Below, piece after piece: positions 9,829 through 19,488 of a DNA stretch of 64,000 nt. Under the pieces are notes generated by a model. It was not told the DNA's origin. It worked only from the letters and a program-made list of their open reading frames with translations, and did no database searches. Positions within the stretch are counted from its first letter, which is position 1; each line of letters starts with the position of its first letter. Position numbers and translations under genes: made by a program. The DNA comes from an uncultured Desulfatitalea sp. (GTDB taxonomy: Bacteria > Desulfobacterota > Desulfobacteria > Desulfobacterales > Desulfosarcinaceae), in contig CAXXMB010000002.1 in NCBI GenBank assembly GCA_963668675.2, forward strand, positions 1,280,001 through 1,344,000, written 5' to 3'.

Positions 9829-11667
9829 ATGAGCGCTTCTACCAACAAAATTCACGGTCATCGTTCGGACGGTGACGATCCACCGCGCAAGCCCGAACTC
9901 GACAGGACCGGCCAGACCGAACACACCAAACTGCCGGCGAATCACAACCTCCCCGAACGTTATGTGGTTAAAACCAATGGCGACGAACGCATTCTGACCT
10001 GCCTCGAAGCACCCAACCTCAGTGTGCATATCGAAAACGGAATCTCCTTCTCCGCCTCGGTCGCCAAAAAGTCCCCTTCGGGAACCATTTTCCTCGATGG
10101 TGTGGCCCAGTGCGAACCGTTCATGGATCATGAACGACAGGTGTACAACCTGGACCATCATGAAGGTTGCGTGCGCTCATTCACGCTGGCCACCTGCGAA
10201 CAGGCTCTGGTCATGTACATGAAGGGACTCGACCTGCAAAGCAGAGAGTGGAACATCTTTGCAAATGAACCCGACCTGGACACCCTTTTGGCAATCTGGA
10301 TCATTCTCAACCATGCGCGCATCGGAGGCCAGGATGCGACCCAACGGCGCATTCTGTTTGCTCTGGTCCGGTATGAAGGCGTCGTTGACGCTTTGGGGCT
10401 TGAGCTCAAGGAGCTCAGCGCCCTGCCTCCCGAATTGATGCGGAAAATTCAACGGGTGGTCGATCATCTGCGCAGCGATGAGTTGGCCATCAAGCGCGAC
10501 GGAAGCTGGGAAAAATCGGACTTTCTCTCCTACACCACAAAAATCCTTCATAAAATCGATCAGATATTCTACAAAGCCAGCGACTTCATTGACTATCACG
10601 GTGTTGAAGAGCTGGCCCGCATCGATCTGACCGACAAGCGCATTGCCGCTGTGGTCGAAGCGGATATGGGTATTTATGAGATAGAGCCTTACCTGAACAA
10701 GTTGTACGGTAATCGGCTAGGCGTGGTTTTCCTTAAGAAAGGGGCCGCCAGTTATACCGTACGCCAGATGGACCTCTTTATGCCGCTGACGCTGGATGAT
10801 GTTTACGACCGGCTCAATTTTGTGGATCCGTCGGTCAGGTGCCGCACCCAGGCCAACAAGTGGGGAGGCGCAGCAGAGATAGGGGGCTCGCCGCGTGAGT
10901 CGGGGACCGAACTCGATCCCTTGGAGATCGTCCAGGCATGCCGTGAAGCGGTGAGCAAGTCCGATTGGAAACAGCGAACCTCCCGTTTCGCCATCACCAC
11001 GGCACTGATCGGCTTTATCGTGCTGATCGCCCATATCGTTCGCTTGATCTGGTCGCCGGCCCAATGGTTGGCCAACGACACCCTCGGATTGCCATGGATC
11101 GCCCCCGATTTTGGTTTCATGATTGCCCTTTTGGCGGCTTCGGGCATCAGCCTTCTATTCGTCGCTTACAGCCGTCCATGGCAGTATGGATGGTCCCTGC
11201 CACTGGGCAAACAGTGGTGGCTGCTTCTGCCGGTGGCCCTGGCCGGCGGTGCAACCGGAGGCCTCTGGATCACCGCTACCTTCATCGACGCCAAAGATTG
11301 GGTCGCTGTGGGAGCGATCAGTCTGATCGGTCTGCCATTGGCTCTGGAACTGCTTTTCCGAAGCCTGGCCCACGGACTCATGGCCCAAGGCGCCCGAATT
11401 CAACGATGCGACTCGCGCTGGTTTCTCAGCTGGCCGATTTTGGGCAGCACACTTCTCTATGCCGCCTTCGCCATCTCTTTCCTTCTCTGCTGCCGGCCCG
11501 ATATCGAAACCGCAGGATGGGGTGAGATGGCACAGACCATTGCCGGGGCTCTCCTGATAGGCCTCTCCACCGGATTTGCCAGGGAACGATCCCAAAGCGT
11601 GTGGCCCGCCGTACTGTTCCATATGCTGGCTGCCGCCACCTTGCTGCTGACCATCAGTGTTGGATGA
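9829..11667 (+). CDS. Fusion of a soluble DHH-like domain and a C-terminal CPBP/Abi (CAAX protease-like) membrane domain
   Basis: N-terminal NLDHH, EPDLD and WGG...GGSPR motifs; C-terminal ~8 TM with LELLFR and RERSQSVWPAVLFH (Abi motifs). Confidence 0.65.
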   Translation: MSASTNKIHGHRSDGDDPPRKPELDRTGQTEHTKLPANHNLPERYVVKTNGDERILTCLEAPNLSVHIENGISFSASVAKKSPSGTIFLDGVAQCEPFMDHERQVYNLDHHEGCVRSFTLATCEQALVMYMKGLDLQSREWNIFANEPDLDTLLAIWIILNHARIGGQDATQRRILFALVRYEGVVDALGLELKELSALPPELMRKIQRVVDHLRSDELAIKRDGSWEKSDFLSYTTKILHKIDQIFYKASDFIDYHGVEELARIDLTDKRIAAVVEADMGIYEIEPYLNKLYGNRLGVVFLKKGAASYTVRQMDLFMPLTLDDVYDRLNFVDPSVRCRTQANKWGGAAEIGGSPRESGTELDPLEIVQACREAVSKSDWKQRTSRFAITTALIGFIVLIAHIVRLIWSPAQWLANDTLGLPWIAPDFGFMIALLAASGISLLFVAYSRPWQYGWSLPLGKQWWLLLPVALAGGATGGLWITATFIDAKDWVAVGAISLIGLPLALELLFRSLAHGLMAQGARIQRCDSRWFLSWPILGSTLLYAAFAISFLLCCRPDIETAGWGEMAQTIAGALLIGLSTGFARERSQSVWPAVLFHMLAAATLLLTISVG

Positions 11668-11793
11668 CCCACGCCCCTGGAATCCTGCCGAAGGCTTCGT
11701 TGGCGCTAATTCACAGATCCGATCCGTCAAGATCTCACCGCATATCGCAGAACCGAAAATCAACAGGGCATCTGTCCCCAAGGCAGGTTCCCT

Positions 11794-11822
11794 TTGACAA
11801 GACGGCTCTTTTTACCTATATT
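11794..11822 (+). promoter_or_regulatory. sigma70-type promoter
   Basis: TTGACA-N17-TATATT, about 65 bp upstream of the 11889 CDS. Confidence 0.6.
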
Positions 11823-11888
11823 AGCTTGAGAAAAAAATGAGCACATTCAGCGAGTTATTAAACGATCCGGCCGCAACTGCAAGGAACC

Positions 11889-14390
11889 GTGTCAATGACC
11901 GACAAGCTTGTAGCTGAAATCTTAACCAGCGATAGTGATGAAATAGCTGATCTGCTGTCAAACCAACCCCTTCTGGAGGCCTTCATCGAGCTGGCGCGAA
12001 AACTGGACGGCCTTCAGGAGATCAACAAGCGTTTTTATGAAGATTCACGGAGCCTGTTCCAGGCCACCTGCACCAACCTGCCCATCAACGATCTGGAAGC
12101 CCTGCTGGCCGAATTTTTCGGCCCACCTGTCAAGCCGGTGGACAAGCCGCTGCCTCGTAAGCTGAAGAAAAACAGCTCGGTAAAATACCTGGGTGGTATC
12201 GAAAAGGATCAGTCCCTTTTTCTGCTGCCGCTGAAAACCGGCGAGTTCTACGGCGCGCTCTGGCCCTGGCGCCGCAACAAAGCAAAGGTGGAGATCCACC
12301 TGGGGTATTGCTCGGACTGGATGACCGATGAAGACTACTTTCAACTCGAAACCCTGATTAAGAAAAGTGTCAGCAAAAGCGCCTTCGAGAAGATGGATAC
12401 CAATGTGGGCGGTCAAATCCATGGTATCAGCCTGCCCTCTTTTCTACAGATGGCGGAGATGGAGCAGTCGACATTTGCCTTGCGCATCACATCGGCCGGC
12501 CAGGTCGGCACGCTGCACATCTTCGAAGGCCAGCTCATCGCCGCCGAGTTGGACCAATGGACCGGACGGGATGCGGCCTACCGCATCATCGCCTGGGATG
12601 ACGCGACCGTGGAGATCGCGCCTGCGGCACCCTCCAAAACGGATGAGATCAAGCAGCCGTTGATGCACGTATTGATGGAAAGCCTTAAAATCAAGGACGA
12701 TATCACAGCGCCATTAGATCAGCCCCCCATACCGCCGCCTGCCAAAAAGAAGAAGGGGGGCGCCAAACCGGCCGCCACGAAGCCCCAGAAACGATTGGTC
12801 CAACTTGAACGGGCGCCAACCCCAAGAATAAAGCGCAAAAGACTTGGCATTATAGCCCTCACCGCCCTCGCTTTGGGGATAATCGTCATCGCTGGGACAT
12901 CCACTGTGGTAGGGCTTTATGTGATGAACAAGCGCAGCAAAACCGATCAATGGCAACAAATCAGCAAGATGGCGGACAGGTTGCCAACGCTGGAAGAGAA
13001 GCAGTCGCTATTGCAAAGCTTCCTGGAAACTAATCCTCGCACACCTTTTTCAAGCGAAATCAAATCCAGAATCAGCCAGATCAGCCGTAAAATCGAGTCA
13101 CAGGAGTTCGAAAAAGTAACGCTCAAAGTTAGTACCTTACCAGTTGATGAAAACTTCGAACGAACGGCTGTTGAGATGTATGGCAGTTTCATGCAAAAGT
13201 ACCCCGACTCCGCATTTTCAAAGGAAATCACTGCCGCCATTGCCGACATCAAAACCCTGGTCGACCAGTACTACTACGAGGAGCTAAAGCGCGCCGCCCG
13301 AATGGACCTTCATGAACGGCTGGATGTATACAATCACTACTTGAAGCAGTTCCCCGAAGGACGATACCAAGAGGATGTCAAGGTGCTGATCAATGAGATG
13401 GGTGAACAGCACCTTAACTATTTAAAGGCCGAAGATAGCAAGTGCGAACAGAACCAGACCTGGGAAATTTGCATTCAGCGATATCAAAATTTTATTGCCA
13501 ACTTCAATGGATTGCCTCTATCCAAGGAGGCACAACGGTCGATGAAGGCATTGGAAGACAAACGCGACCTGGTCCGGTTGCGCAAGTTAAAGGATGAGGC
13601 CGATAATGACTATCTGAAGGCGTACAAGGCCTACAAAACCTATCTTGCCGAGCACCCGGACAGCACGCAGAAAAAGGCCATTGAGCAGGCGCTGTCAGAG
13701 TTGAGCCGAAAACTGGATCTCCAGCGCAAATGGCAGGCGGTACGGTCCTACGCCACCAGTAGCAAAAACAGCCTTTTCGAACGGATTCAGCGGGTGGATC
13801 GCTATCTCAAAGCCAATTCATCGGGGCCCTATGTGGGCGAAGCCCGGGAACTCATGAACACGTTGGAGGGACAGCGTCGCTTGGCCTTGCGCCGGAACCA
13901 GATAGAGGAAGAGAAGATGGCGGCAAGGGAGCGCATACGAATCGAGGAAGAGAAGCGCGCCCAACAGCTGCAACACATTCAACAGATGCAGCGCCAATTG
14001 GAGCAGGAGCTCAAGAATTCAAAGCGATTCCGAATCAATGGCAATGGGACCGCCACCGATCAATCTACCGGGAAGACATGGGCGCTGATCGACTCTTACG
14101 ATGAACTCGGCGGCTGCATCAATTATCAGGATGCCAAGCGATATGCCCGCGGTCTGGTTCTGGGAGGACACCGCGACTGGCGGTTGCCAACCGCCAACGA
14201 ACTGGCTGCGATCTATAAACAGACACCTTTCTTTCCCCAGACCGGCGCCAAATGGTATTGGACTGCCGATGCATACGCCCGTGGATACCACTCGGTGGCC
14301 GATGTGGTCACCTCCAAACCGGAAACCCTTTTCGAACGGGAGTACCGCAAACAGGACGCCTGCGGTGCGGTAAGAGCTGTCCGGCCATAA
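11889..14390 (+). CDS. Membrane protein: DUF4388/PATAN-like domain, single TM, helical repeats, C-terminal DUF1566 (Lcl) domain
   Basis: GQIHGISLPSFLQMAEME..T..L..G.LHIFEGQL (DUF4388-like); TM near aa 320-345; C-terminal NGNGTATDQSTGKTW...GGHRDWRLPT...WYWT...VRAVR (DUF1566-like). Confidence 0.75.
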   Translation: MSMTDKLVAEILTSDSDEIADLLSNQPLLEAFIELARKLDGLQEINKRFYEDSRSLFQATCTNLPINDLEALLAEFFGPPVKPVDKPLPRKLKKNSSVKYLGGIEKDQSLFLLPLKTGEFYGALWPWRRNKAKVEIHLGYCSDWMTDEDYFQLETLIKKSVSKSAFEKMDTNVGGQIHGISLPSFLQMAEMEQSTFALRITSAGQVGTLHIFEGQLIAAELDQWTGRDAAYRIIAWDDATVEIAPAAPSKTDEIKQPLMHVLMESLKIKDDITAPLDQPPIPPPAKKKKGGAKPAATKPQKRLVQLERAPTPRIKRKRLGIIALTALALGIIVIAGTSTVVGLYVMNKRSKTDQWQQISKMADRLPTLEEKQSLLQSFLETNPRTPFSSEIKSRISQISRKIESQEFEKVTLKVSTLPVDENFERTAVEMYGSFMQKYPDSAFSKEITAAIADIKTLVDQYYYEELKRAARMDLHERLDVYNHYLKQFPEGRYQEDVKVLINEMGEQHLNYLKAEDSKCEQNQTWEICIQRYQNFIANFNGLPLSKEAQRSMKALEDKRDLVRLRKLKDEADNDYLKAYKAYKTYLAEHPDSTQKKAIEQALSELSRKLDLQRKWQAVRSYATSSKNSLFERIQRVDRYLKANSSGPYVGEARELMNTLEGQRRLALRRNQIEEEKMAARERIRIEEEKRAQQLQHIQQMQRQLEQELKNSKRFRINGNGTATDQSTGKTWALIDSYDELGGCINYQDAKRYARGLVLGGHRDWRLPTANELAAIYKQTPFFPQTGAKWYWTADAYARGYHSVADVVTSKPETLFEREYRKQDACGAVRAVRP

Positions 14391-14505
14391 TCCCCACCTC
14401 CTGGAAGTGCCAAGCAGCCCGTCCATTCGGATTTTGATTGAAAAAACAGTTGGAACGTACTATAGCGGGCAGGAAATTTTCTGAGACTGCCAGAGGGGGT
14501 AGAAC

Positions 14506-14976
14506 ATGCAAAAAGTCACGTTGATCGTAGCAGCAGGATTGATGGCACTGATATTGGTCTGGGGACCGACTGTATCAGCAGAGGAGGAGATGTGTGTACC
14601 GATGGGCGACATCACCCTGGAACCGCTGGCCGAGAAGCCCCAACGTTCCGAAGTCACATTTCCCCATGCCGTTCACTTCAGCTACAGCTGTCAGCAGTGC
14701 CACCACAAATGGGACCGCGAAACACCTGTCACCAGCTGCGGCACCTCGGGATGTCACGACCTGGCTGAATTGCCGAAAGATGAAAATGGACGCATGACCA
14801 AAGATGCGCAACTGAAGATCCGCTACTACAAGAACGCCTACCACAGCATGTGTATCGGCTGTCATAAAGAGATCAAACAGCGCAACCAGAAAGCTGAAGC
14901 CATGAAGTTGGCCGGCGACGACACGATAACGCCTTCCGGCCCTACCGGATGCATCCAGTGCCATCCCACTGAATAG
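14506..14976 (+). CDS. Tetraheme class III cytochrome c3
   Basis: Signal peptide; VTFPHAVH; heme motifs CQQCH, CGTSGCH, CIGCH and CIQCH. Confidence 0.9.
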   Translation: MQKVTLIVAAGLMALILVWGPTVSAEEEMCVPMGDITLEPLAEKPQRSEVTFPHAVHFSYSCQQCHHKWDRETPVTSCGTSGCHDLAELPKDENGRMTKDAQLKIRYYKNAYHSMCIGCHKEIKQRNQKAEAMKLAGDDTITPSGPTGCIQCHPTE

Positions 14977-15096
14977 GCGCCACTTGTATTGGGCACCTTG
15001 GACTGGGCAAATTGAATTAGAATAGACCCTCCAGACACCGAAACTGCCGCCGGCGCATGGATGGCAGCCTTCAAAATAGATCGTGGTACCACATGG

Positions 15097-15143
15097 AAAT
15101 GCCGGGCTACCGTCCTGATGACGGCCAGCCCGGCATTTTTTTT
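15097..15143 (+). terminator. Intrinsic terminator between the convergent cytochrome c3 and TetR genes
   Basis: AAATGCCGGGCT/AGCCCGGCATTT 12-bp stem followed by a T run. Confidence 0.8.
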
Positions 15144-15227
15144 ATTCGTCTCGGCCCCATCAACAATCAAAGGCTTCGCATTCACAGGGCACCGCCCCAA
15201 AAGGGCGCTCCCTAAGTCGGCAGGCTG

Positions 15228-15863
15228 CTATTTTTGAATCATGATGCCTTGATCAAAGATCTCGAACGCGATCTTCAGGGTCGACTTTAGATGATCCTTC
15301 TTTTCATCGATGATCTTCTTGCTCGCTTCCCATAGCACAACGCCTGAAAAGAGCGACCAGCAGATATCGGACAACGCCACCGGATGCTGCTTGATGAAGA
15401 TGCCGGCATCGATCCCCTCTTTGAAAATCTTAGCAATGGCGCCGATGGAGTTGCGAGACAGGGTCTTGATCTCTTCAATCAACTCATCAGAAAGATTTTT
15501 CAAGGTTTCACTCGATTGCAGGTGAAACATGTTGATGATGATCAGCGGGTCGAAATCGTAAACATCATACATCACCTCTTCCAAGGCCGCCAGTTTTCCC
15601 AAAGGATCCAGTTCGGTCTGGTTTATGACATGAGAAACACGGATATGCATATACTGCAATATCCGCAGACTCAATGAGGCGTATAACTCTTCCTTGTTTT
15701 TAAAATAGAGATAGAGGGTACCCGGACTCAACTCTGCCTCTTTGGCGATATCTTCCATGGTGGCCTTGTTGAAGCCCTTGTCCGAAAATACCCTTTTGGC
15801 CGCAACGATAATTTGTTGCCGCCGCCGCTCCTTTTCCCGTTCCTTTCGTTCTTGAATTCCCAT
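15228..15863 (-). CDS. TetR/AcrR family transcriptional regulator
   Basis: N-terminal HTH KGFNKATMEDIAKEAELSPGTLYLYFKNKEEL. Confidence 0.92.
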   Translation of the reverse strand: MGIQERKEREKERRRQQIIVAAKRVFSDKGFNKATMEDIAKEAELSPGTLYLYFKNKEELYASLSLRILQYMHIRVSHVINQTELDPLGKLAALEEVMYDVYDFDPLIIINMFHLQSSETLKNLSDELIEEIKTLSRNSIGAIAKIFKEGIDAGIFIKQHPVALSDICWSLFSGVVLWEASKKIIDEKKDHLKSTLKIAFEIFDQGIMIQK

Positions 15864-16040
15864 TCTTCGCTTTCCTGGCTCATCTTTACAAGTTACTGTA
15901 GATCAACATACAACCATAAACCGCAAACAATTCGTACGTGTACAAGCGAGGCCATTCAATGAAATAGCCTGTTGAAATAAGGGTCTACATGAAACAATTA
16001 CGGCCGAATGTCAATTATTTAATAAATAAACCTAAGTGTC

Positions 16041-16571
16041 TCACGGGGGGAATTCACCCGAGTCCGGAAGGAAGACACGTAGCCGCTGAACATCACTTTT
16101 CATAGCGAAATCGATTACATAACGACCGTAACGGCCCTCATCCAAAAGACACGCGATGGCCCTTGCTCTGGCAGATCGATCCAAATGTCCTGCCCAGTGT
16201 AAAATTTTGGGGCAAAGCAACGCGTTGATATGAGGTATGGCACCTGATCGGCAAAAAGCAACGCCCTTACGATCATCAAGGATGACGAAATCGACACCGC
16301 CGCCCCTATAGGCACAAAGTGTATCTCGCTCCCCTGCGCCAAGGCGACTTAACCCGCTATCCCCGTATGCTTCAGTGGGAGCCTGTACAATGTTGATACA
16401 TCCCCGCCGGAGTGCATCTTTAAAATGCGCAGCACCCCTGCGCCCTTCAACGGTAACCTCCCGGCAAACAGCCGGCGTCATCATCAGCCGATATGCAGAG
16501 ACCATGGTGTCAAACAGTCCCGCTTTGTGAAGCAGTATGGCCGATGAGGCGTCTATCAGGACCCTTTTCAT
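16041..16571 (-). CDS. PIN-domain protein (DUF3368-like)
   Basis: [14 protein letters not shown] and ILDDRKG acidic PIN motifs; start overlaps the cysK stop (ATGA). Confidence 0.7.
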   Translation of the reverse strand: MKRVLIDASSAILLHKAGLFDTMVSAYRLMMTPAVCREVTVEGRRGAAHFKDALRRGCINIVQAPTEAYGDSGLSRLGAGERDTLCAYRGGGVDFVILDDRKGVAFCRSGAIPHINALLCPKILHWAGHLDRSARARAIACLLDEGRYGRYVIDFAMKSDVQRLRVFLPDSGEFPP

Positions 16572-17497
16572 GCGATCGGCTTAAACAGGTCGGTACTGAT
16601 ATAGCGCTCACCTGTGCTCGGCAGGATCACGACGATGCGCTTGCCGTCACACTCTGGGCGCCGGGCCACCTGCAGGGCAGACCAAACCGCAGCACCGGAA
16701 GAAATTCCGCACAAAAGTCCCTCACGGTTCGCCAAGAGGCGGGCCGTCTCAAAGGCAGCTTCGTCGCTTACCGCAATGACCTCATCGATCATGGTGCGAT
16801 CCAGGATCCCGGGGACGAAACCAGCACCGATCCCCTGGATCTTATGAGGGCCCTTGGCGCCGCCGGAGAGAACCGGTGAAGCCGCCGGCTCGACGGCTAT
16901 CGATTTAAATCCGGCATTTTTGGCTTTGATATACTGGCTTATCCCTGTGATGGTTCCGCCGGTGCCCACGCCCGAAACCAGATAGTCCACCTTCCCCTCG
17001 GTATCGGCCCATATTTCGGGCCCCGTGGTCTCCCGGTGTGCCATGGGATTGGCCGGATTTTCAAACTGGTTGGGCATATAAGCGTTCCGATGCTTGCCGA
17101 CAATCTCACCGGCTTTGGCGATGGCACCACCCATTCCCTCGGGCCCCGGTGTCAAAACAAGCTCGGCCCCCAAATGGCCGAGCAACTTCCTGCGCTCAAC
17201 ACTCATGGTTTCCGGCATGGTCAGGCAGAGCCGGTACCCCTTGACCGCACAGACAAACGCAAGTCCGATACCGGTGTTGCCACTGGTCGGCTCCACAATC
17301 AAAGTGTCTGCATCGATCAAGCCCTGCCGCTCAGCCTCGGCAATCATGTAGGAGGCGATGCGATCCTTAACACTGCCCAGGGGGTTATCGTACTCCAGTT
17401 TGGCCACAATTTCGCCCGGTGCTTCGGTATCTATCCTGTTCAGCCGCACCAACGGCGTTCGACCGATGGTGGCACCGACATTGCTGTATATTCGCAT
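16568..17497 (-). CDS. cysK: Cysteine synthase A
   Basis: IGRTPLV, SVKDR (PLP lysine), [25 protein letters not shown] at 17497. Confidence 0.95.
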   Translation of the reverse strand: MRIYSNVGATIGRTPLVRLNRIDTEAPGEIVAKLEYDNPLGSVKDRIASYMIAEAERQGLIDADTLIVEPTSGNTGIGLAFVCAVKGYRLCLTMPETMSVERRKLLGHLGAELVLTPGPEGMGGAIAKAGEIVGKHRNAYMPNQFENPANPMAHRETTGPEIWADTEGKVDYLVSGVGTGGTITGISQYIKAKNAGFKSIAVEPAASPVLSGGAKGPHKIQGIGAGFVPGILDRTMIDEVIAVSDEAAFETARLLANREGLLCGISSGAAVWSALQVARRPECDGKRIVVILPSTGERYISTDLFKPIA

Positions 17498-17499
17498 GG

Positions 17500-18495
17500 T
17501 CACACTCCTTTGGCATATTTCCCGGCCGACTTGTAGATCAACCGCGGATGCTCGGTCATTACCGTGGTATCGGGCGGCACCGATTCGGTCAACCATACAT
17601 TGCCGCCGACAACAGATCGGGCGCCGATCACGGTGTCACCCCCCAGAATCGTGGTGCCTGAATAGATGATCACATCATCTTCGATGGTGGGGTGGCGCTT
17701 TTTTCCCCGGAACTGCTCACCGGCATCCTTGGGTAGGCTCAACGCGCCCAGCGTGACACCCTGGTAAATCCTCACATTGGAGCCGATCTGGGTCGTTTCT
17801 CCGATGACGACGCCGGTCCCGTGATCGATCACAAAGCGCGGGCCGATGGTCGCGCCAGGATGAATATCGATGCCGGTGATGCTGTGGGCATGCTCACCCA
17901 TGATCCGCGGCAACATGGGGACTCCGAGCTCAAACAGCCGGTGGGCCACCCGCTGCACCATGACGGCATAGATACCGGGGTAGCTGAAGATAATCTCATC
18001 ATGGCTGTGGGCGGCCGGGTCACCTTCGAAGGTGGCCTGGACGTCGGTCGCCAGCACCTGCCGAATCTGGGGTATCGACTCCAAAACAGCCAGCGCCTTA
18101 ACCTGGCCGCTCTGCTCGCATTCACTGCAGGGTAAATCGTATCGCAGGCAATCGTGGCGCACATGGTGTGTAATCTGTTCCGAAAGCATATCGAAAAGCA
18201 CCGATACACTCTGGCCCAAGCTGTATTTCATGTTGGCCGGATCGAGCCGCTCCCGCGAAAAATAACCGGGAAAAAGAACCTCACGAAACTTGTCGATCAA
18301 GTCGGAGACAAACGCTTCCGACGGTATGGGCTCATAGTCGATATGCGTATAACACGCATCACCATTGCACTGGGAGATGATCTTCTCCGCGATCTCGGGC
18401 ACCCTGGCCTTCATCTGCTTGCAGGCCGCCAGGTCCAACTTGCATGAATCTCCATCTTTGTGCATGGCTTTATCGGCCTTCTCGTGTTCGTTCAT
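17500..18495 (-). CDS. cysE: Serine O-acetyltransferase (EpsC-type)
   Basis: [32 protein letters not shown] and KRHPT motifs; adjacent to cysK. Confidence 0.93.
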   Translation of the reverse strand: MNEHEKADKAMHKDGDSCKLDLAACKQMKARVPEIAEKIISQCNGDACYTHIDYEPIPSEAFVSDLIDKFREVLFPGYFSRERLDPANMKYSLGQSVSVLFDMLSEQITHHVRHDCLRYDLPCSECEQSGQVKALAVLESIPQIRQVLATDVQATFEGDPAAHSHDEIIFSYPGIYAVMVQRVAHRLFELGVPMLPRIMGEHAHSITGIDIHPGATIGPRFVIDHGTGVVIGETTQIGSNVRIYQGVTLGALSLPKDAGEQFRGKKRHPTIEDDVIIYSGTTILGGDTVIGARSVVGGNVWLTESVPPDTTVMTEHPRLIYKSAGKYAKGV

Positions 18496-18869
18496 CTCAT
18501 CTGCTCCTCATCATTAGCATGGGGGGGCGGTATAGGAGTGAAATCCAGGTCACATATATAGGGTCAGACCGTCACTCCACCAGTGCTGGGGTCAGACGCC
18601 ATCCTGAGCGACCGGATACATCCCCTTCAAGATAGAGCCAATATAAGTCGAATCAGCCACTAAGCAAGCATCGTGCTGCCCTGCCCCACCCCGGGATAGA
18701 GCACCCCAAAGGGTGTTTGCCGCCTGGATGCAGCAGTCACATGTGCCTGTTTAGTCGCATCGCTTGGCCGCCCCGGGGTGGCTGTATGCCATTCATAAAT
18801 TAATTGCATTTTCAGACTGGCATGATATAAAAAAAATCACCTACGCTACCGCTAAAAACAGGCCTCGAT

Positions 18870-19424
18870 ATGAAAAAAAAGTACCTGCTTGCAGCAGCCC
18901 TTATCGGGCTGGGTATTTTCATAGGCTTTCCACTCTTTAGCATGGGCTACTACACCATGGTGCGAACCTCCACTCCCCAATTCTGCGCCAGCTGCCATGA
19001 AATCGAATTCGCCTACAACACCTGGAAGACATCGACACACGTCAACAATGCCCAGGGATTTGTCGCCGACTGCATGGACTGCCATCTACCGGCGCCCCAT
19101 AACACCTTTGACTTCTTCTACGCCAAAACCTTTCACGGCATTAAGGATGTGGTGGTCCATTTCCTGGGAGGAGAATACGATCACGCCAAAAACCGCCAGG
19201 CGGCCTACGACGCCTTCGATAACGAACAGTGCATGAAGTGCCATCGCAACATATTGAATATTCCAAACAAACGCGGTGCCATGCTTGCCCATCGAACAGT
19301 CCTCTACCCACGGCCCGGCTATGAGAAGAGGTGCGTAGACTGCCACCGCGACCTGGTGCACAACGCGACACCGCTCTACCGATACAAACAATACCAGCCC
19401 GCCTACAGAGGACTGGGAACCTAA
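18870..19424 (+). CDS. NapC/NirT-family tetraheme membrane-anchored cytochrome c
   Basis: N-terminal TM; TSTPQFCASCH, CMDCH, CMKCH and CVDCH. Confidence 0.9.
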   Translation: MKKKYLLAAALIGLGIFIGFPLFSMGYYTMVRTSTPQFCASCHEIEFAYNTWKTSTHVNNAQGFVADCMDCHLPAPHNTFDFFYAKTFHGIKDVVVHFLGGEYDHAKNRQAAYDAFDNEQCMKCHRNILNIPNKRGAMLAHRTVLYPRPGYEKRCVDCHRDLVHNATPLYRYKQYQPAYRGLGT

Positions 19425-19488
19425 TAGAGGCAAAAGGCAGTACAGATCGATCCGGCTGGTCTAAACGAGAAGATAGAGGGGGGAAACC

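Noticed and set aside
14452..14468. sigma54 promoter upstream of cytochrome c3 (TGGAAC...TAGC)
   Set aside because: GG-to-GC spacing is 11 rather than 10
18686..18781. c-di-GMP-I or SAM riboswitch upstream of cysE
   Set aside because: Only GGCAAAC matches on the minus strand; the GNRA loop, GACGCAAA and SAM-I core sequences are absent
18818..18833. sigma54 promoter upstream of the napC-like gene (TGGCAT...)
   Set aside because: No GC at the -12 position
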